A stretch of DNA of 64,000 bases. It comes from an uncultured delta proteobacterium. Its GTDB lineage: Bacteria; Myxococcota_A; Polyangia; Polyangiales; Polyangiaceae. A program made the translations under genes and the position numbers. Each line of letters opens with the position of its first letter. Position 1 is the first letter of the stretch. This document shows positions 40,784 to 52,471 of the stretch, one piece after another. The notes under the pieces are model-generated. The model had not been told where the DNA came from. It saw only the letters and a list, made by a program, of their open reading frames with translations, and searched no databases. The stretch is from positions 256,001 to 320,000 of the forward strand of contig CAWDXG010000003.1 in NCBI GenBank assembly GCA_963806225.1, read 5' to 3'.

Positions 40784-42184
40784 GGCAACCGCCTCGTCTT
40801 CGATCGCGGCACGCTGGTGCTCGCCGGCGCTCCAGCGCCACGCCCTGACGAGCCGCGCGGCTCCGAACTGCCCGGCATGCTCTTCGATCCGCGCATCGAC
40901 GGGTTCCGCGCGCCGGCGTATTTCTACGCGGATCTGGCCGCCGCCCTCGCCGACCGCGCGAGCGCCCCGCGCGACAGCGTGCTCGAGGACGCCGCGTGCG
41001 AGGACTGGCGCGACGTCGATCTCCGGCCCTATCAGCAGGCGGCGCTGCTGGCGTGGCGGCTTTCCGGCTCGCGGGGCGTGGTGGTGCTGCCGACGGGCAG
41101 CGGCAAGACGCGCGTCGCGCTGGCGGCCATGGCGGCCGCGGGCCGCTCCAGCCTGTGCATCGTGCCGACGCGCGCGCTGATGCACCAGTGGAAGCAGGCG
41201 CTCCGCGAGGCGTACGAAGGGCCCGTCGGCGTACTCGGCGATGCGGAGCGCTCGCTCGCGCCGATCACGGTGGCGACGTTCGAGAGCGCGCTCCGCTGGA
41301 TGCCGCGGATCGGCCATCGCTTCCGCCTGCTGGTCGTGGACGAGGTGCACCACTTCGGCACCGGTCGCCGCGACGAGGCGCTGGAGATGTGCGCCGCGCC
41401 GTTGCGCCTGGGGCTGACGGCAACCCCCGCGCCCGAGCCCGCCGCGCTGCGCATCGAGGAGCGCATCGGTCCGGTCGCGTATCGCCTGGCCATCGACGAT
41501 CTGGCCGGGCGCTACCTCGCCGACTTCGACACGGTCGTCCTGTGGCTCCAGCTCGATCCCGACGAGCGGCGCGCCTACGACACCGACGTCGAGATCTACC
41601 GCCGTGCGCTCCGGCATTTCCACGAAGTGCGGCCCGGGGGCAGCTGGCCGGAGTTCGTCGCGCTCGCCAGCCGGAGCCAGGAGGGGCGCGCGGCGCTGTC
41701 GGCGTGGCGGCGTTCGCAGCGCCTGCTGGCTCTGCCGCGCGCCAAGCGCCGCGCGCTCGAAGGCCTGCTCGCGCGGCACACGCAGAGCCGCATGCTCGTG
41801 TTCACCGCCGACAACGACTCGGCCTACCGCATCGCACGCGAGCAGCTCGTGATGCCGCTCACCTGCGACATCGGCCGCGCCGAGCGCGGCACGGTGCTCG
41901 AAGCATTCCGCGAGGGACGCCTGCGCGCGCTCGTCTCGTCGCGCGTGCTCAACGAGGGGCTGGATGTCCCCGACGCCGACGTGGCGATCGTCGTCGGGGG
42001 TACGCTCGGTGAACGCGAGCACGTGCAGCGCGTGGGCCGCCTGCTCAGGCCGCGCCCCGGCAAGCGCGCCATCATCTACGAGCTCGTCACGCGCACCACG
42101 AGCGAAACGCGCCAGGCGGCTCGGCGCCGCCGTGGGCTCGGCGGCGCGCACGCGTTCCACCCCACCTCGAGCGGAGCGCGATGA
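40778..42184 (+). CDS. XPB/Rad25-like SF2 helicase
   Basis: LVFDRGTL, LRPYQQAAL, VLPTGSGKT, DEVHH, LGLTAT, VLNEGLDVP, QRVGRLLR. Start uncertain (frame open from 40436). Confidence 0.9.
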   Translation: MAGNRLVFDRGTLVLAGAPAPRPDEPRGSELPGMLFDPRIDGFRAPAYFYADLAAALADRASAPRDSVLEDAACEDWRDVDLRPYQQAALLAWRLSGSRGVVVLPTGSGKTRVALAAMAAAGRSSLCIVPTRALMHQWKQALREAYEGPVGVLGDAERSLAPITVATFESALRWMPRIGHRFRLLVVDEVHHFGTGRRDEALEMCAAPLRLGLTATPAPEPAALRIEERIGPVAYRLAIDDLAGRYLADFDTVVLWLQLDPDERRAYDTDVEIYRRALRHFHEVRPGGSWPEFVALASRSQEGRAALSAWRRSQRLLALPRAKRRALEGLLARHTQSRMLVFTADNDSAYRIAREQLVMPLTCDIGRAERGTVLEAFREGRLRALVSSRVLNEGLDVPDADVAIVVGGTLGEREHVQRVGRLLRPRPGKRAIIYELVTRTTSETRQAARRRRGLGGAHAFHPTSSGAR

Positions 42185-43572
42185 GCGCTCCGTCCCACTC
42201 CACCCGTAGAGCGCCGGCACCGGGCGAAACGAGCGCGACCCCGGCGCGTGGTCCCCGGCACGCGCCGTCGCCCCGTCTGGGTCTCGACCTCGTCGCAGCC
42301 GCGCTCGAAGGTCCGCCACACTCGCTGCTCTCGCCGGCCTACCTCGGCCCGCAGGACTACCCGTGGCTGCGCGCGCTGCTCGACGAGGCCGCGCGCTTCG
42401 AAGGCGCGCGCCGCAGCGAGCTGTCCGCGCGCCTGTCCGAGCCGCTGCCCGTGCGAGCGCCGCAGGCGCAGCTGCGCATGGCGAAGGCCGTGCTCGAGCA
42501 GCTCGTGACCGACCGTCTGGCTTCCGCGGTGAAGCCGCGCCAGGCGAGGCAGCTCGTGTTCGAAGCCGCCGCAGCGGCCGATCGATCCAGCGCGCTCGCA
42601 GCAGCCTCTCGACCGCGCGCTCCGAGCTCGGCGGCCGCCAGCGCAGAAGACGCCGACTGGCGCACCGTCGTCCTCGAGCGCGTCGCGGCCGATCTCGGCG
42701 TCGACCGCTCCGATCTGATTGAATCGCTGTTCGCCGATCTACCCGGCGAGCGCACGATCCAGCCCTTGCCCGGAGCTCTCACGCCCGCCGCGCTGGCCCT
42801 GCGCACGAACGCGGCGCTCGCCTCCGGCCTGCTCGCGCGCGCCAGCGAGGTGCGCGTGTCGGTCTACGGGTCGGCGCGCGCCGTGGTGCGGCACGCGCGG
42901 CGCGTGGGCTTGCTGTGCGTCGCGACGCGCAGCGCGTCGCCGGCGGCGGAGGGCCGTGCCGTAGCGCCGCTGGCCGACGACAGCCCGCGCGCCGGAGCCC
43001 GCGACGCGGTGCTGCACATCTCCGGCCCGCTATCTCTGTTCCGCCACACGGTCATCTACGGCCGCGCGCTCGCGTCGCTGCTGCCCCGGCTGGCGTGGTG
43101 CGATCGCTTCGAGCTCACCGCCAACGTCGTGCTGCGCGGCGGCGAGGTGCGCCAGTTGCTCGTCAAATCCGGCGACCCGCTGCCGCCCGCGCGCGAGCTA
43201 CCGCGCTACGACAGTCGCCTGGAAGAGCGCTTCGCCCGCGACTTCGCACGCGCCGCTCCCGACTGGGACATCGTGCGCGAGCCCGAACCCATTTTCGTCG
43301 GCGCGGGGCGGCTGGTCTTTCCCGACTTCGAGCTGGTCCATCGCCACAAGCCCTCCCGGCATTGGCTGCTGGAGATCGTGGGCTTCTGGACGCCGGCGTA
43401 TCTCGAGAAAAAGCTCCGGAGCCTGCGCCAGGCCGAGCTCCGGCACCTGGTGCTGTGCATCGACGAGACCCGCAACTGCAGCGACAGCGAGCTGCCCGCC
43501 GGCGCGCGCGTCGTGCGCTTCCGCCGCCGCATCGATCCGACCGCGGTGCTCGCGGCCATCGAGGTCGGGTAG
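42181..43572 (+). CDS. DUF790-family (Bax1-like) putative PD-(D/E)XK nuclease
   Basis: LFADL, ISGPLSLFRHTVIYGRALA, YDSRLEERFA, REPEPI, FPDF, LEIVGFWTPAYLEKKL. ATGA overlap with the helicase. Confidence 0.88.
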   Translation: MSAPSHSTRRAPAPGETSATPARGPRHAPSPRLGLDLVAAALEGPPHSLLSPAYLGPQDYPWLRALLDEAARFEGARRSELSARLSEPLPVRAPQAQLRMAKAVLEQLVTDRLASAVKPRQARQLVFEAAAAADRSSALAAASRPRAPSSAAASAEDADWRTVVLERVAADLGVDRSDLIESLFADLPGERTIQPLPGALTPAALALRTNAALASGLLARASEVRVSVYGSARAVVRHARRVGLLCVATRSASPAAEGRAVAPLADDSPRAGARDAVLHISGPLSLFRHTVIYGRALASLLPRLAWCDRFELTANVVLRGGEVRQLLVKSGDPLPPARELPRYDSRLEERFARDFARAAPDWDIVREPEPIFVGAGRLVFPDFELVHRHKPSRHWLLEIVGFWTPAYLEKKLRSLRQAELRHLVLCIDETRNCSDSELPAGARVVRFRRRIDPTAVLAAIEVG

Positions 43573-43723
43573 CAAGCTGGAAGAAGTGAAGCCCGGGACG
43601 CTGCGCCGCTACGTGCGCGCGCTGGGCGCAGAGCTCGAGCTCGTGGTCACACTGCCCGACGGCGCGGCGATCGTCATCCGGTCGGAACGGCGGAACAAGC
43701 GCCGCGCGGGCGGGCGGCGGTAG
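43571..43723 (+). pseudogene. 3' remnant of XRE-family HTH (antitoxin-like) gene
   Basis: SKLE...GTLRRYVRALGAELELVVTLPDG, with no N-terminal HTH helices. Confidence 0.6.
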
Positions 43724-43957
43724 GGCCCTCGATGGGCGCTTCCAGAAATAGCTCCAGAACCAATCGACCGACGCCGTCGCCGCGCGGCGGTCGCGCACAG
43801 CACCCGCCCTGGAGTATTCTGGCCAGGCAGGACGGACGCGGGGGCCCAGCCGGAGTCACGTCCCCCCTCCTCCAGCGGCAGAGCTCCGCGTCCGACCCGC
43901 TCCATCGCTTTTCACGCAACCGCGCTCCAGAGCCGACCGAACAGCACGCGCGACACC

Positions 43958-45199
43958 ATGTCCATCGCCGAGAAGCAGCCGCCCGCGGCCGGGCTCGATC
44001 CGGATCCGCTGGCGGGCACGAAGTACCGGGGGCTGGAACGCATCGGACAGGGCGGCATGGGCGAGGTGGTGCTGGTCGAGCACATCGAGCTCGGACGCAA
44101 CGTGGTCGTCAAGCTGCTGCACACGACCTGCCAGGGCGACAGCGAAATGGTCGATCGCATGCGCATCGAAGCGCAGACGCTGGCGCGGCTCTGTCACCCC
44201 AACATCGTCGCGGTCAACGACGTGGGGCGCACGCCGGGAGGACGGCCTTTTGTCGTGATGGAGCGGCTGCGCGGGCGCACGCTCCACGCCGAGCTGCACG
44301 AGCGCGGCGCGCTGCCGCCAGCGGAGGCGCTCGCCATCATCCAGAGCGTGCTCGGCGCGCTGGCCGCAGCGCACGAGCTCGGCGTGGTGCACCGGGACGT
44401 GAAGCCGGCGAACATCTTCCTGCACCAGCCTCGTTCACCCGCGTCCGGCGGCGCGGACGACGAGCGCGTCGTCAAGCTGCTCGACTTCGGGCTCGCGAAG
44501 GTGCTCTCCGGCGCTTCGCCGCGCGCGCCCGCGCCGCTCGCAGAGCCCACGCAGGACGGCGCGGTGCTCGGCACGCCCGGCTACCTGAGCCCGGAGCAGG
44601 CCGCGGGCCGCCCGCTCGACGCGCGCAGCGATCTGTACGCGGCGGGACTCGTGCTCTACCGCATGGTCGCCGGCCGCCGTCCCTTCGAAGGCACGGGCGA
44701 GGAGCTCATCGCCGCCACGCTGAAGAAGCGCCCCGCTCCGCCCTCGCATTTCAGCGCGGAACCCATCCCGCCCGAGCTCGACCACGCCGTGCTCAAGGCG
44801 CTGGCGAAGGATCCGGACCGGCGTTTCCAGACGGCCAGGGAATTCGCGACGGCGCTCGGCCTGATCCTCTCGTCGTGGAGCCTTCCGGTGGGATGGGTTC
44901 CGACGCTGGCCTTCGACGGCAGCTCCTTTGCCGGCCCGATACCCGACTACATCCGCGAGCGGCTGCCCTTCGCGGCGCTGGATCCGGGCGCCGACGCCGC
45001 GCCCATCGAGGCAGCCGATTCCACAGCGGCTCCGGCACCTTCGCGCGTGGACCAGGACGAGGCGCCGCCCGTCGTGACCTCCCGCTCCTCTTCTTCCAGC
45101 ACAAGACCCGGCTCACCTGCACTGGTATTTGCCATCGCCGTCATCGTCACCGCGGCGCTGGTTGCCGCACTGGTCGCCTGGCTGGTATCGGGAGCCTGA
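43958..45199 (+). CDS. Ser/Thr protein kinase with C-terminal TM helix
   Basis: IGQGGMGEV, VVK, HRDVKPAN, DFG, GTPGYLSPEQ. Confidence 0.95.
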   Translation: MSIAEKQPPAAGLDPDPLAGTKYRGLERIGQGGMGEVVLVEHIELGRNVVVKLLHTTCQGDSEMVDRMRIEAQTLARLCHPNIVAVNDVGRTPGGRPFVVMERLRGRTLHAELHERGALPPAEALAIIQSVLGALAAAHELGVVHRDVKPANIFLHQPRSPASGGADDERVVKLLDFGLAKVLSGASPRAPAPLAEPTQDGAVLGTPGYLSPEQAAGRPLDARSDLYAAGLVLYRMVAGRRPFEGTGEELIAATLKKRPAPPSHFSAEPIPPELDHAVLKALAKDPDRRFQTAREFATALGLILSSWSLPVGWVPTLAFDGSSFAGPIPDYIRERLPFAALDPGADAAPIEAADSTAAPAPSRVDQDEAPPVVTSRSSSSSTRPGSPALVFAIAVIVTAALVAALVAWLVSGA

Positions 45200-45222
45200 G
45201 CGCCAGGGGGTGCATCCGCTCG

Positions 45223-47019
<1,797 letters not shown>

Positions 47020-47028
47020 AGCGCACCC

Positions 47029-47772
47029 ATGACCGCCAAACGCAGCGAAACCGACGTGGTCGGACATGATCCCGAGCTTGCCGGGGCCATGTACGAGCGC
47101 GAGGGCGACGCCAGGGGCGTGCACGCTGATGGCGCGACCGATGCGGGCGCAGGCGAGCGCCCGGACACCGTGCGCGACTTGAATCGCTTCCAGTCGAAGA
47201 CGGTGCCGCCCGAGCTCGCCCGCGCCATGCTGGACGTCGATCTCGGGGCCATCGACGACGGCGGTGCCGCCACCGCCGACGAACCGCTACACGATACGCC
47301 CGGCCCCATCGCGGATCCCGAGCCCCACGAGATCGCGACGTCGCGCAGCGCGCCACGCGGGCGGCGCCGCGCGGTCGCGATCGGGGTCGTGACGGCGCTT
47401 GTCGCCGGCGTCGTTCTGGTCGTCGTGATCGGCGGTCGCAACGCGCCCCCGACACCCGCGACGCTACCAGCGCAGCGCACCGCCCCCCTGCACGCCACGG
47501 CTGCGCCACAACCGGCTTCCCCGGCGACCGCCACCGCGCCGGCGGCAGCACCGCGCTCGTCTGCAGCGCCGGCGGGCTTGACAACAGCTCTGCCGGCAGC
47601 GTCCGGCACAGCCGCGCGCGCCGCGCCGGCGCCGCGCCGTCCGCACGCTGTGCACGCCGTGCGGCCGCCTTCCGCAACGGTGCACAAGGCTCCGCCGCGC
47701 GCGACCGCTCCTGTCGTTTCCAACCACGCCCCACAGAACAGCCCACCCAACAGCTCCGGCTTCCCCTACTGA
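47029..47772 (+). CDS. Single-TM Pro/Ala-rich hypothetical protein
   Basis: Operon position, one hydrophobic segment. Confidence 0.65.
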   Translation: MTAKRSETDVVGHDPELAGAMYEREGDARGVHADGATDAGAGERPDTVRDLNRFQSKTVPPELARAMLDVDLGAIDDGGAATADEPLHDTPGPIADPEPHEIATSRSAPRGRRRAVAIGVVTALVAGVVLVVVIGGRNAPPTPATLPAQRTAPLHATAAPQPASPATATAPAAAPRSSAAPAGLTTALPAASGTAARAAPAPRRPHAVHAVRPPSATVHKAPPRATAPVVSNHAPQNSPPNSSGFPY

Positions 47773-47785
47773 GCCCACCTGCCCG

Positions 47786-48874
47786 ATGAAGTTCCTCTCG
47801 ACGGTCCCCGCATATCTGGTCGCGTGCGCGCTCGCGCTCTCTGCCATGCCCGCCGCGGCCGGCCCCTCGCCAAGCTCGCCGGCCGCACGCAAGCAGGCCC
47901 GCGCACTGTTCGAGAAGGGCAAGCAGCTCGGCAGGACGAACGACTGGCAGGGCGCCCATGCTGCGCTGGAACAATCGTTCGACCTCCGGCCCTCGCACGA
48001 CACCGCCGCCGACCTGGCCTACGCCGCGAGCAGGCTCGGCAGGTTCGCCGAAGCCGCCCGCCGCGCCTCGTACGCCCTCGCGCACATGCCGACGGGCGAA
48101 GCCGAGAGCAAGCGGAACGCGGTGAAGAAGATCCTCGACGGCGCCAAACAGCACGTCGCCAGCGTGCAGCTGAGCGCCGATCCGCCCGATGCCGACATCT
48201 CCGTCGACGGCACGTCGGTCGGCGCCGCCTCGGAGCTGGAGGGCCCCGTGTTCCTCGATCCCGGGACGCACGCGATCGCAGCGCGCGCCGACGGCTACAA
48301 GTCGCAGAGCCGCAGTGTCGATGCGAAAGAAGGCGCGACGGATGCCATCGCGTTGAAGCTCGAGCGCGCGGCTCCGCTAGCTCCGCCCACCTCCGCTGCC
48401 GTGCCCGGCAGCCAGCTCGGCGCGTCCCACCCGTCCAGCGCAGGCCCCAGCGGCGACACGGGAGCGAAGCCTCCCCCGCCGCACGCGTCACACCCGCTGT
48501 GGCCAGCGCTGGTCGGCGGCGGCGTCGCCGTCGCGGGGCTCGCAACCGGCATCGGCCTGTCGCTGGCGGCGTCGTCCGCAAGCTCGGACCACGATGCGAA
48601 GCTGGCGGCTCTCGGGGGTTCCAACCCGTGCGGCGCTGGAACGCCCAACGCGAGCGCCTGCTCGGAGATCAGTCGCCTCGGTTCGACGGCCGCGCGCGAC
48701 CGGAACATCGCGACAGCGGGCTTCATCGTCGGCGGCGTGTCCGCCGTGGCCACCGTCGTCTACCTGCTCTGGCCACGCAGCAACACATCAGCCCGCTCGT
48801 CGTCGACCGGCGTGCGCGTGAGCGCCGCTCTTCGACCCGACTTCGGCGGTCTTGAAGTGGGTGGCAGCTTCTGA
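47786..48874 (+). CDS. Secreted TPR + PEGA domain protein
   Basis: Signal peptide, ARALFEKG...AALEQSFDL, PPDADISVDG...LDPGTHAIAARADGY, C-terminal LEVGGSF. Confidence 0.85.
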   Translation: MKFLSTVPAYLVACALALSAMPAAAGPSPSSPAARKQARALFEKGKQLGRTNDWQGAHAALEQSFDLRPSHDTAADLAYAASRLGRFAEAARRASYALAHMPTGEAESKRNAVKKILDGAKQHVASVQLSADPPDADISVDGTSVGAASELEGPVFLDPGTHAIAARADGYKSQSRSVDAKEGATDAIALKLERAAPLAPPTSAAVPGSQLGASHPSSAGPSGDTGAKPPPPHASHPLWPALVGGGVAVAGLATGIGLSLAASSASSDHDAKLAALGGSNPCGAGTPNASACSEISRLGSTAARDRNIATAGFIVGGVSAVATVVYLLWPRSNTSARSSSTGVRVSAALRPDFGGLEVGGSF

Positions 48875-48895
48875 AGGAACCTGGAGGAACCGACA

Positions 48896-50446
48896 ATGCG
48901 AAATACCTTGCTTGGCGCGGCAGTCTGCGGGCTCGTCGCCACCGTTTGTGCTTCGACCATCTCGTGTAGCTCCACGAGCTGCGCCGACAACGGCTCCTGC
49001 GGCCACTACGCCGGCCCCGACGCCGGCGGCAGCGGCGGCACTGCCGGCAGCGGCGGCGCAGCAGGCGCCGACGGCGGTGGCGGCACTTCGGGAACGGCCG
49101 GCAGCGGAGGCACGGCTGGCAGCGCCGGCAGCGACGGCGGGAAGTGCGATACGAGCAAGGCGCCCGGCCAGGAGCCGTGTCTCGTCGACGACCAGTACGC
49201 GGTGTTCGTGGACGGAACGGCGGCCGGCGGGGGCGACGGCAGCAAGGCGAGCCCGTTCAACAAGATCGGAGACGCCGTCGCCGCTGCGGGCACGAAGCTC
49301 GTCCTGGTGTGCGACACAACCTACGACGAGCAGGTGAAGCTGACCGGCGGCGTCCACATCTACGGCGGCTTCTCGTGCAGCGACTGGAGCTACGAGACGG
49401 GCAAGCGCGCTGTCGTGGCTCCGACCGCGAAGGGCTACGCGCTGGAAGTCGACAGCGTGACCGCTCCGATCGTGATCGAGGACATGGAGTTCGACGCCCA
49501 GGACGCGAGCGCGGCGGGGACAAGCAGCGTGGCGGGGTTCGTGCACGGTTCCAGCAACGTCGCACTGCATCGCGACAAGCTCGTCGCGGGCAAGGGCGCC
49601 GCGGGCAAGAGCGGTGTGCTCAAGAAGCTGACGTATCCGACGCAGGCGCAGCTGGACGGGAACAGCGCCAACCTGCTCGCAGGTGGGGCGCTGAAGCAAT
49701 GCAGCTGTCCTGCTGGGGACCAGAGCCTCGGAGGGCGTGGCGGCGATGGGCCGACACCCCAGAATGGCAACCCCGGGCTACCGGATCTTGGGGGCGGAGC
49801 GGCCGGCAAGGCCGGGCAGTCGTGCTCCGGCAATCCCAGCGCCACCGGCGGGGACGGCAATCCCGCCCCCGCCGCGACCCCCGCGTCCGGCGCAGCGACC
49901 TCCGGAACTCTGGACGCCACGGGCTGGACGCCAACCGGCGGCTCCGACGCCAAGGCCGGCGGCCCTGGCCAGGGCGGCGGAGGCGGCGCGAGCACGGCCA
50001 CCGGCGGCGGGGGCGGCGGCGGCTGCGGCGGCTGCGGCGGAGCGGGTGGCCCGGGCGGCGGAGGCGGCGGCGCGTCGATCGCGCTGATGGTGCTCGACTC
50101 GACCGTGAGCGTGGACGCCGGCAGCGAGCTGGTCACGTCCGACGCAGGCGCCGGTGGAAAGGGTGCGGCAGGACAGGCCGGGCAGACGATTTTCGGCGCC
50201 CATGGGAACGGCAGCTCGACTGCATGTGCCGGTGGCAACGGCGGCCCTGGCGGCGATGGCGGTGCCGGTGGCGGCGGCGCCGGCGGACTCAGCGTGGCGG
50301 TCCTGTGGATGGGCAGCGCCGCCCCGACCCTCGACACCGGCGCCACGATCACGCTCGGCGCGAAGGGCGCAGCGGGCCAGGGCGGCAAGGCCGGCACCAA
50401 CGACGGCGTCGACGGCGTGGCGCAGAACGTGCTGGAGGTGAAGTGA
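48896..50446 (+). CDS. Gly-rich (PGRS-like) lipoprotein, paralog 1
   Basis: GGAGG RBS, lipobox-like Cys, VFVDG...GDGSKASPF, IYGGF.C.DW, GGGGGGCGGCGG. Confidence 0.85.
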   Translation: MRNTLLGAAVCGLVATVCASTISCSSTSCADNGSCGHYAGPDAGGSGGTAGSGGAAGADGGGGTSGTAGSGGTAGSAGSDGGKCDTSKAPGQEPCLVDDQYAVFVDGTAAGGGDGSKASPFNKIGDAVAAAGTKLVLVCDTTYDEQVKLTGGVHIYGGFSCSDWSYETGKRAVVAPTAKGYALEVDSVTAPIVIEDMEFDAQDASAAGTSSVAGFVHGSSNVALHRDKLVAGKGAAGKSGVLKKLTYPTQAQLDGNSANLLAGGALKQCSCPAGDQSLGGRGGDGPTPQNGNPGLPDLGGGAAGKAGQSCSGNPSATGGDGNPAPAATPASGAATSGTLDATGWTPTGGSDAKAGGPGQGGGGGASTATGGGGGGGCGGCGGAGGPGGGGGGASIALMVLDSTVSVDAGSELVTSDAGAGGKGAAGQAGQTIFGAHGNGSSTACAGGNGGPGGDGGAGGGGAGGLSVAVLWMGSAAPTLDTGATITLGAKGAAGQGGKAGTNDGVDGVAQNVLEVK

Positions 50447-51969
50447 CGCGGTTGCGATCCGGGACGTGCGCTCTCGTCGTAGTAGCTCTCGTGCTCGGCG
50501 CGAGCGGCTGCTCGGGGAGCGATTTCGCGAGCAGTCCCGGCGACGCCGGCGGCAGCGGCGGCACTGCCGGCAGCGGCGGCACAGCGGGCGCCGACGGCGG
50601 TGGCGGCACTTCGGGAACGGCCGGCAGCGGAGGCACAGCCGGCAGCGCCGGCAGCGACGGCGGGAAGTGCGATACGAGCAAGGCGCCCGGCCAGGAGCCG
50701 TGTCTCGTCGACGACCAGTACGCGGTGTTCGTGGACGGAACGGCGGCCGGCGGGGGCGACGGCAGCAAGGCGAGCCCGTTCAACAAGATCGGAGACGCCG
50801 TCGCCGCTGCGGGCACGAAGCTCGTCCTGGTGTGCGACACCACCTACGACGAGCAGGTGAAGCTGACCGGCGGCGTCCACATCTACGGCGGCTTCTCGTG
50901 CAGCGACTGGAGCTACGAGACGGGCAAGCGCGCTGTCGTGGCTCCGACCGCGAAGGGCTACGCGCTGGAAGTCGACAGCGTGACCGCTCCGATCGTGATC
51001 GAGGACATGGAGTTCGACGCCCAGGACGCGAGCGCGGCGGGGACAAGCAGCGTGGCGGGGTTCGTGCACGGTTCCAGCAACGTCGCACTGCATCGCGACA
51101 AGCTCGTCGCGGGCAAGGGCGCCGCGGGCAAGAGCGGTGTGCTCAAGAAGCTGACGTATCCGACGCAGGCGCAGCTGGACGGGAACAGCGCGGTCACGAT
51201 AGCAGGCGGCGGCCCGAAGCAATGTACTTGCCCGGCTGGCGATAAGACCACTGGCGGAGCTGGCGGAAACGCACCGACACCCCAGAATGGCAACCCCGGG
51301 CTACCGGATCTTGGGGGCGGAGCGGCCGGCAAGGCCGGGCAACCCTGCACCGCGAACCCACCCGGCGGCGGTAGCGACGGCAATCCCGCCCCCGCCGCGA
51401 CCCCCGCGTCCGGCGCAGCGACCTCCGGAACTCTGGACGCCACGGGCTGGACGCCAACCGGCGGCTCCGACGCCAAGGCCGGCGGCCCTGGCCAGGGCGG
51501 CGGAGGCGGCGCGAGCACCGCCACCGGTGGCGGAGGCGGCGGCGGCTGCGGCGGCTGCGGCGGAGCGGGTGGCCCGGGCGGCGGAGGCGGCGGCGCGTCG
51601 ATCGCGCTGATGGTGCTCGACTCGACCGTGAGCGTGGACGCCGGCAGCGAGCTGGTCACGTCCGACGCGGGCGCCGGTGGAAAGGGTGCGGCAGGACAGG
51701 CCGGGCAGACGATCGTTGGCGCAGGAGGCAACAAGTACAGCACGGCCTGCGGCGGTGGCAACGGCGGCCCTGGCGGCGATGGCGGTGCCGGTGGCGGCGG
51801 CGCCGGCGGACTCAGCGTGGCGGTCCTGTGGATGGGCAGCGCCGCCCCGACCCTCGACACCGGCGCCACGATCACGCTCGGCGCGAAGGGCGCAGCGGGC
51901 CAGGGCGGCAAGGCCGGCACCAACGACGGCGTCGACGGCGTGGCGCAGAACGTGCTGGAGGTGAAGTGA
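50443..51969 (+). CDS. Gly-rich (PGRS-like) lipoprotein, paralog 2
   Basis: GTGA overlap, GASGC lipobox, near-identical to paralog 1. Confidence 0.85.
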   Translation: MTRLRSGTCALVVVALVLGASGCSGSDFASSPGDAGGSGGTAGSGGTAGADGGGGTSGTAGSGGTAGSAGSDGGKCDTSKAPGQEPCLVDDQYAVFVDGTAAGGGDGSKASPFNKIGDAVAAAGTKLVLVCDTTYDEQVKLTGGVHIYGGFSCSDWSYETGKRAVVAPTAKGYALEVDSVTAPIVIEDMEFDAQDASAAGTSSVAGFVHGSSNVALHRDKLVAGKGAAGKSGVLKKLTYPTQAQLDGNSAVTIAGGGPKQCTCPAGDKTTGGAGGNAPTPQNGNPGLPDLGGGAAGKAGQPCTANPPGGGSDGNPAPAATPASGAATSGTLDATGWTPTGGSDAKAGGPGQGGGGGASTATGGGGGGGCGGCGGAGGPGGGGGGASIALMVLDSTVSVDAGSELVTSDAGAGGKGAAGQAGQTIVGAGGNKYSTACGGGNGGPGGDGGAGGGGAGGLSVAVLWMGSAAPTLDTGATITLGAKGAAGQGGKAGTNDGVDGVAQNVLEVK

Positions 51970-52057
51970 TCGGCAGCCACGACCGCTAGCCGGGCCACCC
52001 GCCCTGGACACCTCCGCGAAGTGCTGCTTCGCGGCATGCACGCCGGAGTCGATCCCG

Positions 52058-52310
52058 CGGGCATCTTCCTCTCCAAGCCCGGGCTCGCGCCCCGAGATGC
52101 CCGCCGTACGCGCCTTACGGGCATTTTCCCCGACAAGCCCGCGCTTGCGCCCCGAAATACCCGCCCGAACGTCGCTTCGCCGGATCTGCCGCCCCCTGTT
52201 CCATGGGCTGCCCCCGCGCTGCCCGTCACTTCGCGGTGCGCCGCGCTGCCCGTCACTTCGCGGTGCGCCGCGCTGCCCGTCACTTCGCGCCAGCGCCGCG
52301 CTGGCGCGCC
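52058..52310 (+). repeat. Degenerate subtype B units plus truncated hairpin element (copy 8)
   Basis: Closely matches ~38035-38225, with an internal ~30-bp segment triplicated and the hairpin missing. Confidence 0.85.
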
Positions 52311-52471
52311 GCATCTACCTCCTCGCCCAGGGCCGCCTCGTCGGCGAGGGCACCCCCCGCGAGCTCGTCGACATGAAGACCGGCCTCGCCGCCGACTTCT
52401 TCGAAGCGAGCGGCATCGCCGCCGAGCAGCTCGTGGAAACGCCCGACACTGGCGTGAAGTACCGGGAGTAG
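52308..52471 (+). pseudogene. Duplicated 3' end of the MlaF-like ATPase gene
   Basis: RIYLLAQG...TGVKYRE*, copy of ~39104-39266 with a few substitutions. Confidence 0.92.

Noticed and set aside
48896..51969. Diversity-generating retroelement
   Set aside because: Differences are not adenine-specific and there is no reverse transcriptase in the window.
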